From an uncultured virus (IMG/VR IMGVR_UViG_2061766007_001954) (taxonomy: Duplodnaviria > Heunggongvirae > Uroviricota > Caudoviricetes), in the IMG/VR virus record IMGVR_UViG_2061766007_001954: 47,181 nucleotides of DNA; one strand, given 5' to 3'. The translations under genes and the position numbers were made by a program. Under the pieces are notes generated by a model, which had not been told where the DNA came from, made no database searches, and was given only the letters and a program-made list of their open reading frames with translations. Numbering within the stretch: the stretch's first letter is position 1; the number at the start of each line of letters is the position of its first letter. Below, piece by piece: positions 17,666 through 26,554 of this stretch.

Positions 17666-17893
17666 TTCCTGCCATGGAAACCGTCAGTTCCATGGTCTAC
17701 CTTGATAATCTCTTTCGCAACAGGCCTGACGGCTACTGAGCGGATGGCTAGAGGGACGCCTCGATGCAAAAGATTATCGCTATCCGCAATGGCGTGGTTG
17801 AGCACGTCAGGGTAGCTACAGAAGGCGCTGCGACAGGAACGGCCGGTGGGGATAACGTGAATCCCCCATGAGCAGGCTACGAAGTTGCAGGAA
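17666..17893 (+). ncRNA. unclassified pseudoknotted RNA
   Basis: Closing stem TTCCTGC/GCAGGAA; hairpin CCATGGAA/TTCCATGG whose loop CCGTCAG pairs with CTGACGG (17726-17732); GATAATCT/AGATTATC stem. Confidence 0.5.
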
Positions 17894-17921
17894 GGGGTCA
17901 AAAAGGTGGATAAGACCCATT

Positions 17922-17962
17922 GCCCGAAATGCCCCGGTTGGGGTAGGTCGGGCTTTCTTTTT
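17922..17962 (+). terminator. intrinsic terminator ending the ncRNA cluster
   Basis: GCCCGA...TCGGGC with inner GCCCC/GGGGT stem, then TTTCTTTTT. Confidence 0.75.
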
Positions 17963-18084
17963 AGCCTTTAATTGGTGCTTAATAATCGCACAAAATGAAG
18001 GAAGTATAAGATGGTAAGGAAAACATCCTTACTAGCTGTATCAGAGTTAGTTACAGTTAATCAATTAACATAAGGATTATACTT

Positions 18085-18477
18085 ATGAACGATCATCTTA
18101 GCTCCCAGAATGTGTACCTGCAGACCAAATGGTTAACAGGTGAGTCGATCGCCACTAGCATCACTGTCTTTGCTGACGGTTATTTGATTCTAGGTGGCAG
18201 CTCCACAGCGATGCATACCAAAGTCGACAGAGGCGGAAAGTTTATTGTTTTGGACTCTGCTTTGGCGTATGGCACAACAATTTATGCAGAGGGTCAGATG
18301 ATGCTCTACGGCACGGCTGAGTCCCTTACTATCAGCAGCGGTGGATTGCTTCGTGTCTATACAGGAGGCAAAGTAAATATGCTGACTGTAGAATCTGGCG
18401 GTGCTGTATTGCTGGATAGCGGCAGCATGATTAAGACTGTCACATATAAGGATGGTGCCAGAGTTTATCCTTGCTGA
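18085..18477 (+). CDS. beta-helix (AIDA-repeat-like) protein
   Basis: Repeats TKVDRGGKFIV, LTISSGGLLRVYTGG, LTVESGGAVLLDSG. Confidence 0.65.
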   Translation: MNDHLSSQNVYLQTKWLTGESIATSITVFADGYLILGGSSTAMHTKVDRGGKFIVLDSALAYGTTIYAEGQMMLYGTAESLTISSGGLLRVYTGGKVNMLTVESGGAVLLDSGSMIKTVTYKDGARVYPC

Positions 18478-18482
18478 TCGAG

Positions 18483-18512
18483 TGGGGCCGTTTGGCCCCA
18501 TTTCTTTTCTTT
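18483..18512 (+). terminator. intrinsic terminator
   Basis: TGGGGCC-GTTT-GGCCCCA followed by TTTCTTTTCTTT. Confidence 0.8.
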
Positions 18513-18529
18513 ATAATACGTTCGCCTGA

Positions 18530-18544
18530 GGGCATAATATAATG
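18530..18544 (+). promoter_or_regulatory. promoter-like element GGGCATAATATAATG
   Basis: Third exact copy, directly after a terminator. Confidence 0.7.
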
Positions 18545-18598
18545 AGAAGGAGCCCCTTCAATAATACACCAATCAAACCATAAAGAAAGGATCCTGTT

Positions 18599-18772
18599 AT
18601 GGTACTTACCGTCATCCTCTGCACGACGATTGTCGTGGTCCTCAACAGCTGCTGCATCGTCGCGATGAAGCAGACCGCCAAACCCGAAACCATCATCAAG
18701 GCGTTGTCCTGGCTGACCAGCTTCTATGTCGGTCTGATGATGGGTGTTCTCTTCACTTTCATTTTCAGCTGA
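18599..18772 (+). CDS. small two-TM membrane protein (57 aa)
   Basis: AAGGA RBS; own translation MVLTVILCTTIVVVLN...GVLFTFIFS*. Confidence 0.55.
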   Translation: MVLTVILCTTIVVVLNSCCIVAMKQTAKPETIIKALSWLTSFYVGLMMGVLFTFIFS

Positions 18773-18782
18773 GGAGGTATCT

Positions 18783-18953
18783 ATGCTTTTCAACATCTGT
18801 CTGATTCTGTTCGTATTTTTCTGTATGATGGGATCCTGCTGCCTCGCCCTGGCTGCCTGGTATCGTCATGATCTCCGCGTATCCGATGTCGCACAGGCTC
18901 TTGTCAGCATTCTGTGCTTCGGAGCGATCTCATGGATCTGCATCCTGGGGTAA
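18783..18953 (+). CDS. small two-TM membrane protein
   Basis: GAGGAGG RBS; MLFNICLILFVFF... Confidence 0.6.
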   Translation: MLFNICLILFVFFCMMGSCCLALAAWYRHDLRVSDVAQALVSILCFGAISWICILG

Positions 18954-18956
18954 GGC

Positions 18957-19112
18957 ATGTACCCCTGGGATGTCGTTATCCTCATTAAGGCACCAAAGAT
19001 ATCGGAATATGAACCGGTAATTTCTGGTGTTAAAATGTCCCTTCACAGAGTCCGCGTATATTTGAAAGTCGCGGATTCGATACAACTTAAAACCTGGAAC
19101 ACAGAGGAATAA
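18957..19112 (+). CDS. small hypothetical protein (51 aa)
   Basis: Own translation MYPWDVVILIK...WNTEE*; fills the gap between neighbouring genes. Confidence 0.35.
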   Translation: MYPWDVVILIKAPKISEYEPVISGVKMSLHRVRVYLKVADSIQLKTWNTEE

Positions 19113-19313
19113 ATGCCTCACGGTATCCAAACCCAAAACCTGACCGTCACCTTGAATTTCATCGAGGTGTCAAGAATGATCATGTCCATCGGAAACGTAA
19201 TCGATCGCTTGGAGGGGCTGATGCCCACATATCCTCCCGATTGCCATGATGACGATGTGACGGACCTCAGAGCTGTGAGAGCCACTCTGAAGAAAGCGAT
19301 GGCGGCAGGATAA
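19113..19313 (+). CDS. hypothetical protein
   Basis: GAGG RBS; 66-aa ORF. Confidence 0.55.
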   Translation: MPHGIQTQNLTVTLNFIEVSRMIMSIGNVIDRLEGLMPTYPPDCHDDDVTDLRAVRATLKKAMAAG

Positions 19314-19325
19314 GGAGAGCGCTTT

Positions 19326-19667
19326 ATGGAGAAGTGTCAAATCCACATGCAGCGCGTAGACGGAGGAGTCTACGGCTGTGCAATAAACATAAGCGATTAT
19401 ACACGCATGATAATTGAGTGCATCCCGGCAGGTGATGTTTGGGATCTCAAAGTGTCTTGCGAGGATCGCGACTACGAGGCAGGCGTGCTGACGCATCATT
19501 TCGATGGTCATGCCGTTACGCTCAACGACGCTGAAGGCAATACCATCATGCGCAAAGCCCTGTGCTATGGGCAGGCAGCGAAGTATGTCCTGGAGCGCCC
19601 CAGTGAGGTGCATTTCCTTAAAATGCATGCAGATCTCATCTATCCGCAAGCTCAAGCTGCCGTGTGA
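19326..19667 (+). CDS. hypothetical protein
   Basis: AAGGAG RBS; 113-aa ORF. Confidence 0.65.
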   Translation: MEKCQIHMQRVDGGVYGCAINISDYTRMIIECIPAGDVWDLKVSCEDRDYEAGVLTHHFDGHAVTLNDAEGNTIMRKALCYGQAAKYVLERPSEVHFLKMHADLIYPQAQAAV

Positions 19668-19690
19668 GGGCAGTATAAATAATATCACAT

Positions 19691-19720
19691 AGCCGCGTCC
19701 TCCAGCGCGGCTTTCTTTTT
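19691..19720 (+). terminator. intrinsic terminator
   Basis: AGCCGCG-TCCTCCAG-CGCGGCT followed by TTCTTTTT. Confidence 0.8.
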
Positions 19721-19745
19721 ATCAACCGAGAAAGGATTCACAACA

Positions 19746-20009
19746 ATGGAAGACAAAAACACCCAAACGGTCGATGCAGAAGTCGTCGACGAAATCACTG
19801 ACAAGCACAAAAGGAGCCATACCATGGAATCTGCCGCCACAGGTTGCAGCTGCAGCAGCTGTTGTTTAACAGGCTGCCTGATCCCGATCTTGATTGTCAT
19901 TCTGATCTGGATCGGCTGCATTCTCGCCAAGATCGCCAGGGGCTACAACAAGTCCCATGAACCGCAAATAGAACAGGTGCAGCCCAATGAGCAGCAATCG
20001 GATAAGTGA
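19746..20009 (+). CDS. small membrane protein with Cys-rich juxtamembrane motif
   Basis: GCSCSSCCLTGC followed by a TM helix; AAGGA RBS. Confidence 0.65.
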   Translation: MEDKNTQTVDAEVVDEITDKHKRSHTMESAATGCSCSSCCLTGCLIPILIVILIWIGCILAKIARGYNKSHEPQIEQVQPNEQQSDK

Positions 20010-21051
20010 GCAAGTAATCTTCAAGACCATCTATGGCTCCAAGCTCTATGGAACGGATGGTCCTAAGTCGGATGTCGATATTAAAGGAGTCTTTCTTCCC
20101 TCAATGGAATCATGTTTATTGTGCAAGGCTCCGCAGCATTATCTGTTCAAGCCTGAGACAGTGGAGCATGGTCCTGACAGGGAAGAGGAGTCCTGGCTGT
20201 CGCTGCAGTATTTCATGGGTCTGCTGACACAGGGAGAAACGAACTGTTTAGATATGTTCTTTGCATACACCAATAAGTCTGCCGTACTGGAGACGTCGTA
20301 TGCATACAAGGAACTTATCGATAACAGGGACAAATTCATCACCTCCAATGTGACCAAGTATTTAGGCTACTGCAAATCGCAAGCGCTTAAATACAGCATC
20401 AAAGGTGACAAGATTGCCAATTATGAAGCCTTTATGAAACTTATTGACAGCTGTACAAGTCCATCTTCTACAACGTTGGGTGAGTGGCTCGTACATTTAA
20501 GAATCATGGGGGCTGACTCAGGTGCACCTTTGGGGGATCCTGAGGATTACTTCAAGAATAATACCCATATCGGAAAGCGTTTCAAGATTACGGATAACAG
20601 ACTCGGTGATCATGCATATCTTCTTCTTTGTGACAATAAGGAGAGGTATATCATGGTTTCTGGTCATCTATTCCCGCAAAACGCCAACATCAACAGCACA
20701 AAAGATTCAATCAACAAATGCCTGAAGTCCTATGGCAAACGGGCGTTCAACGCAGCGGAGGACAACGGTGCCGATTATAAGGCACTGAGTCATGCGTTGC
20801 GTGTTGCCTATCAGGCACAGGATCTGCTGGTGCATGGCGAGATTCGCTTCCCACTGGACGAGCTGCAGCTTAAGGTAGTCCGTGACATCAAATTCAAGCA
20901 AACCACAATGTCGTATGATGAAATCGTCGAGCTGATTGAACAGAACATCGAAACAGTCGAAGGCTGTCTCAAGACGACATCACTGCCAAGTAAACCCAAC
21001 TGGGACTGGATCAACGGTTTCATTCTCAGTCAATACAAGGAGACCAAATGA
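19987..21051 (+). CDS. DNA polymerase beta-superfamily nucleotidyltransferase (T4 NrdC.11 / RlaP-like)
   Basis: YGSKLYGTDGPKSDVDIKGVF, GYCKSQA, DYKALSHALR. Confidence 0.85.
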   Translation: MSSNRISEQVIFKTIYGSKLYGTDGPKSDVDIKGVFLPSMESCLLCKAPQHYLFKPETVEHGPDREEESWLSLQYFMGLLTQGETNCLDMFFAYTNKSAVLETSYAYKELIDNRDKFITSNVTKYLGYCKSQALKYSIKGDKIANYEAFMKLIDSCTSPSSTTLGEWLVHLRIMGADSGAPLGDPEDYFKNNTHIGKRFKITDNRLGDHAYLLLCDNKERYIMVSGHLFPQNANINSTKDSINKCLKSYGKRAFNAAEDNGADYKALSHALRVAYQAQDLLVHGEIRFPLDELQLKVVRDIKFKQTTMSYDEIVELIEQNIETVEGCLKTTSLPSKPNWDWINGFILSQYKETK

Positions 21052-21476
21052 GTTCACATATCCGGGCAACTGTTATATTAACCGAGGATCTAAGCAGGGA
21101 TGACCTTGTGCAGTTCCTGTCCGAGGCTGTTGGAGAGGAGGCTGCCGCACTGGCTGAAAAGATCTTCAACATTCCTGCCAAAACAGATCTGAAACGCATG
21201 TTCAGTAGGCTTCACAAGCTTTACAACGCATGGCATGAATCCCCGGCGTACATCGAAACTGAGGACGAGTTCATTCCTGACGGTGATGGCGCTGCTGAGT
21301 TCCAAGGCACGATTCAGGCAATCATGCAACATGGTCAGGGCATCACTACGCATGATATGTTCCGTCTGGAATTGTTGTCTGAGTTTCTTTATGAGCTGGT
21401 CGATGGTCCCAGAAGCAAAGCCTTTATGAAGTCTCTCAACAAGTGGGAGAAGGTATTGCTGGAGGAGAACGCATAA
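21048..21476 (+). CDS. hypothetical protein
   Basis: 142-aa coupled ORF. Confidence 0.65.
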   Translation: MSSHIRATVILTEDLSRDDLVQFLSEAVGEEAAALAEKIFNIPAKTDLKRMFSRLHKLYNAWHESPAYIETEDEFIPDGDGAAEFQGTIQAIMQHGQGITTHDMFRLELLSEFLYELVDGPRSKAFMKSLNKWEKVLLEENA

Positions 21477-21820
21477 TGATGATCCCATGCAAACACATCA
21501 CAATATATGTTCCCTACAGCTCATTTGAGTTTGTATCTTCCAGATTCACAGGTAAGCGAGATCAGCTTCATCCTGTCATCATGAGTTACAGCGCTCTGAC
21601 AATCAGTGATAATTCCCCACTGATGCGTAAGCCTATCAAGGAATGCGGATTAAGCCCGCGTTCTGTGCATGCACTCGGTCGCAGAGGCATCGACACCATC
21701 GGAGAGCTGGTGCAGTACAGCCGTCATCAGCTGCTGCAAATCCGTAACCTCGGTGTGAAATGTGCCGATGAAATCGAAGCAATGCTTCAGAAAATCGGTC
21801 TGAAACTGGAGGCATCGTGA
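21476..21820 (+). CDS. RNA polymerase alpha-subunit C-terminal-domain-like protein
   Basis: PIKECGLSPRSVHALGRRGIDTIGELV..QLLQIRNLGVKCADEI matches the RpoA CTD pattern. Confidence 0.88.
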   Translation: MMIPCKHITIYVPYSSFEFVSSRFTGKRDQLHPVIMSYSALTISDNSPLMRKPIKECGLSPRSVHALGRRGIDTIGELVQYSRHQLLQIRNLGVKCADEIEAMLQKIGLKLEAS

Positions 21821-22215
21821 TGAAGGTATACAAGGCACATGAGAAGCCCAAATGCAAAGTCGGTGATACCGTCTATATGGTTCGTGCAGAAGATCCGTGG
21901 CCGGTAGAAGCAGAGTGCTATCGCATCGATAAGATCGTCGAGCAGAAAAAGATCGGCGATGAGATTGTGCAGTGTGCTCCGTACTGGAGATACTATCTGC
22001 GAACCAAAGCAAATGACTACGAGAATATCGCAGGGGCTTTCATCTATCGTGACGAGGAAACCGCATTAACCGCAGTTCTTGCTTATGAGCGCAGCAAGCA
22101 GCGTATGGCAGTAGCTACAGAGAATGCTTGTGCGGATCGCATCGCCCTCGTAGAAAAGGAACGTACCAGAGTCCTCACAGCTAAGGAGCTAACCAGATGC
22201 CAAAAACACAGATGA
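21817..22215 (+). CDS. SH3/KOW-like family protein with coiled-coil tail
   Basis: KCKVGDTVY...FIYRDEETAL. Confidence 0.65.
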   Translation: MMKVYKAHEKPKCKVGDTVYMVRAEDPWPVEAECYRIDKIVEQKKIGDEIVQCAPYWRYYLRTKANDYENIAGAFIYRDEETALTAVLAYERSKQRMAVATENACADRIALVEKERTRVLTAKELTRCQKHR

Positions 22216-22730
22216 CCTCTGATCAGATAAAAGCCAAAATCAAAGAGTTGACCAAGAAACACAATAAACGCATCAAGCTGTTGAAAGAGCAGTATGAGAA
22301 AGCTGTTATCCAAGAAGAGGCAGCTCGTACCGATGAGCAGGATGCCGATATTCTTGAGGTCTACAACAATATAAAGCACCGTGATGACTGGAAGAAGGGT
22401 GATCGTGCCTGGATTTGGCATTCTTTTCTTGGAGAGATAAACTTTGTTCCTATCGAGGGTATCCATGAGGAGAACGGCAAGAAAAGCGGTGCAACTTTGT
22501 GGGGTACTGGCTGGACTCATTATGGTCTCGATGAGTGTTTCGATACCTGTATTGAGGCTTGTGCTGATTGGTATGTAAAGCTCAAAAACTTCAAACCCAA
22601 AGCAAAGAATGATCGTCCTCCAGTTCCTATCAATATGACACGCGAGAAGATGCTTAAGCATATCCGCAGATGGTTCTACGAGGAGTATCCGAAATACAAA
22701 CAATCCAGAAAGGAGAACAAAGCATGCTAG
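22197..22730 (+). CDS. hypothetical protein (coiled coil + SH3/KOW-like)
   Basis: WKKGDRAWIW...ECFDTCIEAC. Confidence 0.65.
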   Translation: MPKTQMTSDQIKAKIKELTKKHNKRIKLLKEQYEKAVIQEEAARTDEQDADILEVYNNIKHRDDWKKGDRAWIWHSFLGEINFVPIEGIHEENGKKSGATLWGTGWTHYGLDECFDTCIEACADWYVKLKNFKPKAKNDRPPVPINMTREKMLKHIRRWFYEEYPKYKQSRKENKAC

Positions 22731-22921
22731 TTTTAACACAAGCGGGGCATGTGCAAGACACAGAGACGGGTGGCTATCGTGTCTGCTGCCGTATGTTCAG
22801 CGGAACTTGCGGTGCATACTGCGATGAGCTGGATCTGAAAACGCTCGAATGCAAACTCAACCAGCAACCCAAGAAGGATGTGCAAGCATGCAAGACGCAG
22901 AGCAATCGCATCCACGCATAG
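22724..22921 (+). CDS. small Cys-rich protein
   Basis: AAGGAG RBS; CC..CGAYC..C. Confidence 0.45.
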   Translation: MLVLTQAGHVQDTETGGYRVCCRMFSGTCGAYCDELDLKTLECKLNQQPKKDVQACKTQSNRIHA

Positions 22922-23211
22922 GTTCCATTATCTGGACACCAGAGGCCGACTACAAAGGCGTCACCAGAGGCCAGATTATCCCAGCCAGAAGATTACGCAA
23001 TGGACTTTACCTGGTGCGTTATTCCCGTAACGGAGAACTCAACATCAGGCACAAGTCCGCAATCTTCAACACTAAGGATGAAGCCATTAAAGGCCTTATT
23101 GCAGAGATTCGTCAGGATCTCGCAGATCTCGATGCCAGTCGTACCGAAGAAATCAACAAACTCAAAACCAAATTAAAAGAGCTGGAGGCATCACAAAGGA
23201 CACCATCATGA
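22888..23211 (+). CDS. SH3/KOW-like family protein with coiled-coil tail
   Basis: PRIGSIIW...AIFNTKDEAI. Confidence 0.6.
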   Translation: MQDAEQSHPRIGSIIWTPEADYKGVTRGQIIPARRLRNGLYLVRYSRNGELNIRHKSAIFNTKDEAIKGLIAEIRQDLADLDASRTEEINKLKTKLKELEASQRTPS

Positions 23212-23591
23212 ATTTACCTGTAATACCCGAGCTGTGCAATGGAGAAGTCAATGACTTTGTTCTCTCCTTAGTGCAGAAAGAGCTGAACAATATCCCGCCT
23301 AATACGTTTTGTAGAAGGCGGGATTTATGTGAAGCCATTCTTGGCTGTAACAAAGTAGTTGGCAACAGAGATCACGTCAAAGACACCATGATATCTGTGC
23401 TGCGCACTTGGTCAGCCAAGCAATCCGAAATCAACACGCTTGAGAGTATGGGCTTCCGCATCACACAAGGGCGCACTCATTACAAGATGCGTTTCAACAA
23501 CAGCGTCTACTTCTCAAGCTTACCCACAACACCAGGCGATCGCAGGACGGGCAACAATACAGCCCAGCATGCGATCAGCGCTTTCTTCTAA
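23208..23591 (+). CDS. protein with C-terminal HicA-like domain
   Basis: LESMGFRITQGRTHYKMRF...TPGDRRTGNN. Confidence 0.5.
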   Translation: MNLPVIPELCNGEVNDFVLSLVQKELNNIPPNTFCRRRDLCEAILGCNKVVGNRDHVKDTMISVLRTWSAKQSEINTLESMGFRITQGRTHYKMRFNNSVYFSSLPTTPGDRRTGNNTAQHAISAFF

Positions 23592-23605
23592 ACAGGAAGT
23601 AAATA

Positions 23606-24031
23606 ATGAACTATCTCATGATCATAGGCATGCTGGCTGCAGGTGTGTGGTTTGTCATCACAATATCTGATTTGCTTGCAACATTCAGGTACACGGAGAA
23701 ATTACGAAAGATTCACCATGAGCTTGAGTTGATCGACTCGTATTTCTGTAATCTAAAAGAGCGGATTGACAAGAACCACATCAACAGTTCGATTGATTGC
23801 CACATCGAGCGTGGCAAAGACCTGTCAAATCCTGCGGATATTGAAAACGAACCAGTAGCATGGTTTGTTTGTATCATTGTGACTCTTGTGATCCTCGCGT
23901 TTTTCTTCGGTTGCGGCATTTACCATAACCGATGTTTGGAGAGTAGCACCAAGAACGGTGTAAAGCAGGGCTATCAGCAAGCAATCCATGAAGTCCAGCA
24001 AAAGCATCCAAATTGGAGACACGATGAGTGA
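23606..24031 (+). CDS. membrane protein
   Basis: Two hydrophobic helices. Confidence 0.65.
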   Translation: MNYLMIIGMLAAGVWFVITISDLLATFRYTEKLRKIHHELELIDSYFCNLKERIDKNHINSSIDCHIERGKDLSNPADIENEPVAWFVCIIVTLVILAFFFGCGIYHNRCLESSTKNGVKQGYQQAIHEVQQKHPNWRHDE

Positions 24032-24384
24032 AGCCGCATAAATTCAAAGTCGGTGACTGTTTATGGTATGCCACCCATCTGGAAGTTACCGAGGTAGATG
24101 TACTCGAACTCAAATACTTCGTTGATGGTCAGGCATCCTATATCGTCCGGCGCAATAGTCCTTATTCAAAGAAGGATGAGGTATTTGAGACACATCTCTA
24201 CACGTCCAGGAAGGAAGCACTTCATGCTGCTTTGCGCGAGAACGATATCAGTCAGGAAGTCGTGAATCAGAACATTCGCAATGAAGTCAGCTTCCTTGAA
24301 AATCTTCAGCAAGCCAGTCAACGTATGCGGCAGTTCCTGTGCGAGGAATATATCATGGAACATATGAAGGACAAGCAAAAATGA
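24028..24384 (+). CDS. SH3/KOW-like family protein
   Basis: KFKVGDCLWY...HLYTSRKEAL. Confidence 0.65.
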   Translation: MKPHKFKVGDCLWYATHLEVTEVDVLELKYFVDGQASYIVRRNSPYSKKDEVFETHLYTSRKEALHAALRENDISQEVVNQNIRNEVSFLENLQQASQRMRQFLCEEYIMEHMKDKQK

Positions 24385-25098
24385 ACAACCGCAAAACAGT
24401 AGCCGTTTACGGCGGTGCATTCAACCCTCCGCATAACGGGCATATGCAGTTGGCAGAGTATCTGCTTGAGACTAATGAGGTTGATACTGTGTCGTTCATG
24501 CCATCATTCAATCCTCCACATAAAGATGCTGCAAAGATGGCTCCTTATGAGGACCGTTGTGAGATGGTTCGCAGNNNNNNNNNNGGATGCTGCAAAGATG
24601 GCTCCTTATGAGGACCGTTGTGAGATGGTTCGCAGAATGTGCACTTTTAGAGGCACTGACAACATCCTGTATCAGCGTTCCAATGTCTCCCGTCTTGAAA
24701 AGGACATGAAAGGCGTATCTTATACGCTGCTGTTGCTGGATGAGCTGTCCCATCGGTGGATGGACTGCGAGTTTAAGATGGTCATAGGTGCGGATGAGTT
24801 GTGTCAGCTCCATACCTGGAAGCCTGATTGCATACGACTTGTTCGCAATTATGACTTCATTGTCTATCTTCGTCCCGGTATCACAGTGGATCTTACAGAG
24901 CTTAATAAGCACTGGCCTGGCTGGTTGTGTCAGAAGCTCCTCAAAGGAATCATCTTCGATGCGCCCATGGTGGATATATCGTCATCGCGATTACGGGAAT
25001 CCATAAAGCAGCATGGCTTCGTTCCTCCGGATGCACAGATACCGTTGGCTGTCGCAAACTACATCAATGAGAACAAACTCTATATGGAGAAACAATGA
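24381..25098 (+). CDS. nadD: nicotinate/nicotinamide mononucleotide adenylyltransferase (split by an assembly gap)
   Basis: YGGAFNPPHNGH, NPPHK, SYT, IGAD..W, ISSSRLR; the gap at 24575-24584 has duplicated flanks. Confidence 0.88.
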
Positions 25099-25760
25099 TC
25101 CGATTCAAACCCGAACAACAGGTCCATTGGTATGACGTCGGCAGAGACGAATTACGTACCGGAAAGATCTACAAAGCTCAGATCATCGAATCCTGGAACG
25201 GTGACAAACTCGGCTACATCGTTCTTACCCAGGACAAATGCATTACCGAACAGCGTGTCACCGTACTGGAATCCCAGATCGGTCTCACACCTGTGGAAGC
25301 AGTTGAGGCAGCTCTCGCTGTTGCACGTGAGACAAAAGCGGAAGTAGAAGCTGAAAAGAACAACCAACTCCGTGCCTGTCAAATGAACATCGACAAGCTG
25401 GAAGCAGAACTCCGCAAAATCAAAGGAACTGCTCCAGAGCAGCCGACATACCATTACGATGAAACCAAGCGCACGCTCTATCATTTAATGGAGCAGGTGC
25501 ATGGTGGAGGTGGCAATATCGGTTTCGCTGAAATCGATTATCGTGGACGTCGGACACTGTTCTCGGCTCACCTGACAAAGCAGGGGAACATCGGTTACCG
25601 CTACTGGTGCCCCGGCAATACTGCCTGTATGGTGAAAGGCTGGCCTACCGTGTACAGCAAATCGGTCTTCTGGGCAAACAAGGCAATCTGGACGCGTGAT
25701 ATTCCGCATGAGTGGAAGGTCCGTATTCAGGAGGCACAGGAGCAGGGACAGCTCTTATGA
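25095..25760 (+). CDS. hypothetical protein (SH3/KOW-like N-terminus + coiled coil)
   Basis: FKPEQQVHWY...QIGLTPVEAV. Confidence 0.65.
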   Translation: MIRFKPEQQVHWYDVGRDELRTGKIYKAQIIESWNGDKLGYIVLTQDKCITEQRVTVLESQIGLTPVEAVEAALAVARETKAEVEAEKNNQLRACQMNIDKLEAELRKIKGTAPEQPTYHYDETKRTLYHLMEQVHGGGGNIGFAEIDYRGRRTLFSAHLTKQGNIGYRYWCPGNTACMVKGWPTVYSKSVFWANKAIWTRDIPHEWKVRIQEAQEQGQLL

Positions 25761-25921
25761 GAGCCCACCACAAATGTCCAAAGTGCGGTTCTCAGGAACT
25801 CACAACCAAAACAGAACACAGAGATGATATATCCCTGATAGAGAGTGTTAGCTGCAATGACTGCGGCTACAGCTGGAAGGAATACTATGCTCTGACACTT
25901 CTCGATGTGAAGGAGGACTGA
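25757..25921 (+). CDS. zinc-ribbon protein
   Basis: CPKCGS...CNDCGYSWKEYY. Confidence 0.7.
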   Translation: MRAHHKCPKCGSQELTTKTEHRDDISLIESVSCNDCGYSWKEYYALTLLDVKED

Positions 25922-26436
25922 TGAAGACCAAATGCTTCGAGATCCGACTGGAGTTTCCGACCCGCCAGAGAGTCGACAAACTTGTCAAAGATTTCCCTTT
26001 CAAACCTACCAATCAGCTTCTGAAAGATTCGATTCTGAAGGGAGAGAAACTTAAGGGTAGTCTTGTCAAGGACGGCGTTTGTGCTGTTCTTTACATTCAT
26101 CCATTGGATGAATGTATTGAACGCACTGGAGGCTTCAATCGTAACATTCCCATGCTCACAAAAATGACTCAGCAATTTACGGAATTGTTTCCTGATTTGC
26201 TGAGTGTCGAGGTCTATGGCTACAGCGACAAACCAGAGGCAGAGTGCTCTTTTGTCATCTGGAACTGGCACTATGTCATCAAGACCCAGACAGCCCTTCA
26301 GTGTGAGCTTCCTGAGACGCTTCAGTACCACTTCAGTGTTCGCCAAGACAAGCCCTCTCATGCTTCCCGCGCATTGCTGGATTTTCTGATCCGCAACCAT
26401 GACAAGACAGCAGGGCAGTTACTGCGATATCACTAA
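25921..26436 (+). CDS. hypothetical protein
   Basis: TGATG coupling; AGGAGG RBS. Confidence 0.65.
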   Translation: MKTKCFEIRLEFPTRQRVDKLVKDFPFKPTNQLLKDSILKGEKLKGSLVKDGVCAVLYIHPLDECIERTGGFNRNIPMLTKMTQQFTELFPDLLSVEVYGYSDKPEAECSFVIWNWHYVIKTQTALQCELPETLQYHFSVRQDKPSHASRALLDFLIRNHDKTAGQLLRYH

Positions 26437-26554
26437 AATCGACGCTAAGGCACCTAAAAGGCCTTTCTGAGCGCACTTAGCATCAAACCTATGTAATTAC
26501 TCATCTTAGCCCTTTAACCTACGTTAGAGGGCCTTATTTTTGAAAGGATACCAA

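Noticed and set aside
24525..24635. Frameshift or tandem repeat in nadD, and similar repeats at about 30105-30470 and 43197-43636
   Set aside because: All are duplicated flanks of 10-N scaffold gaps, not biological repeats.
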